Positions 63,629 to 64,000 of a stretch of DNA of 64,000 nt are shown in pieces. A program made the translations under genes and the position numbers. The DNA lies in the NCBI GenBank assembly GCA_964016885.1, contig OZ024740.1, forward strand, positions 408,952,001 through 409,016,000, read 5' to 3'. Under the pieces are notes generated by a model. The model made no database searches. It was not told the DNA's origin and was given only the letters and a program-made list of their open reading frames with translations. Position 1 is the stretch's first letter; every line of letters begins with the position of its first letter. This stretch comes from Eledone cirrhosa. Its lineage: Eukaryota.

Positions 63629-63772
63629 ATGTCTGTGTGTATGTGTTTCTCTGTGTGTGCTTGTGAGTGTGTGTGTGAATGTGTATGTATGCAAGTATGT
63701 GTGTATATACATGCTGCATATACATACGTACATATACATACATATAAACATGCACAAAGGTTAGGCACACAC
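63629..63772. repeat. Degenerate (TG)/(TA)/(CA) compound microsatellite
   Basis: Seen directly. Confidence 0.85.
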
Positions 63773-63868
63773 ATATTCATTGTCATTTTTCTGTCAACTT
63801 TTTTTTCCATTCTCCTTTGATTGCTACACATGCATACAATTTTCATTTCAATGTTTGTCTGAAGTTTA

Positions 63869-63920
63869 TTGTTGTTGTCATCGTTGTTGTTCATTATTAT
63901 TATTATTATTATTATTATTA
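63869..63920. repeat. (TTG)n then (TTA)9 microsatellite
   Basis: TTGTTGTTGTCATCGTTGTTGTTCATTATTATTATT... Confidence 0.9.
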
Positions 63921-64000
63921 CACTTGTTGTTTGATCACTCCAACACAATTGCTGCTACTGCTATTGCTGCATAAACAAAGATAAAAAAAAAGCTGCTAAT

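Noticed and set aside
61309-63974. Short ORFs of 60-121 aa in the right flank
   Set aside because: They are low-complexity translations of microsatellites and AT-rich DNA (CVCVCV, IIII, HTHT) with no recognisable domains.

Overview
Eukaryotic, repeat-dominated window. The SINE/RTE repeat types and microsatellite-rich AT-rich flank resemble octopus/cephalopod DNA; this is an inference from recall, not a database hit. Positions 1-55982 are one uninterrupted tandem array of about 1,098 copies of a 51-bp monomer (CTGTCCAAGAATGTCATCCCTTTCACCTGTCACTAAGCCTCTACCCAGAGT) that runs off the left edge. The array has nested block duplications of 33, 37, 46, 62, ~79 and 245 monomers, a single 1-bp deletion event present in two copies, a distinct terminal variant domain and an abrupt right boundary. 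Nearly all ORFs in the supplied track arise because the monomer is 17 codons long and stop-free in 3 of 6 frames. The 8-kb flank (55983-64000) holds two degenerate tRNA-type SINEs and two RTE-clade LINE 3' fragments, one with an open RT frame carrying a C4HC3 PHD-like insert. It also holds an ORF1-only L1/Tx1-like relic between (TAA)n tracts, a compact promoter-like motif cluster, a near-perfect 191-bp-arm palindrome, a candidate 27-nt microexon and several microsatellites. No complete host gene and no convincingly novel multi-gene system is visible.
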